Shown: positions 63,827 to 64,000 of the stretch, piece by piece
Position numbering within the stretch: the stretch's first letter is position 1
How the letters are laid out: every line of letters starts with the position of its first letter
Source of the DNA: Haliotis cracherodii
Taxonomy: Eukaryota
Assembly: GCF_022045235.1 (NCBI RefSeq)
Contig: NW_027266267.1
Span: 44,888,001 to 44,952,000 of the forward strand
DNA: 64,000 bases
Direction of reading: 5' to 3'
The notes under the pieces: model-generated
Told to the model about the DNA's origin: nothing
Databases searched by the model: none
The model's input: only the letters and a program-made list of their open reading frames with translations
Position numbers and translations under genes: made by a program

Positions 63827-64000
63827 ATCAGTGCTAAATAACCCCAGCCTCGCGTTTACCTATCAGTGCTAATTTATCCCGGCCTACCGTGTGTCCATTT
63901 TTTTATTGTCATTTACCAATCAGTGATAATTTAGTCCTGGCTTCCAGTTTTTAAGTGATTGAATGAGTGAGTTTATTCTTAACGTCACATCGGCAGTATT

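Overview
This is eukaryotic, intron-containing, SINE-rich DNA. From memory the repeat families look molluscan, most likely abalone (Haliotis); that assignment is inference. The main content is a head-to-tail array of six intact minus-strand paralogues plus a decayed seventh copy. Each intact gene has three coding exons and encodes a secreted glycoside hydrolase of about 608-619 aa. The proteins resemble bacterial GH86 beta-porphyranase A/agarase: NEP acid/base motif, (T/S)EFG nucleophile, and a C-terminal 'V.MTFDG.GGHVTSVAL' domain. The ORF track shows only the large last exon and the signal-peptide exon; a 145-nt middle exon was reconstructed by hand in every copy and splices in frame. The paralogues differ in putative substrate-binding loops and look mosaic. 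Introns and spacers hold four SINE families, remnants of I-group, L2-like, Penelope-like, Gypsy and Tc1 elements, several MITEs and minisatellites. Smaller signals include a probable SINE 3' transduction between paralogue introns, a structured non-tRNA SINE head, and a Penelope-type minimal hammerhead motif.
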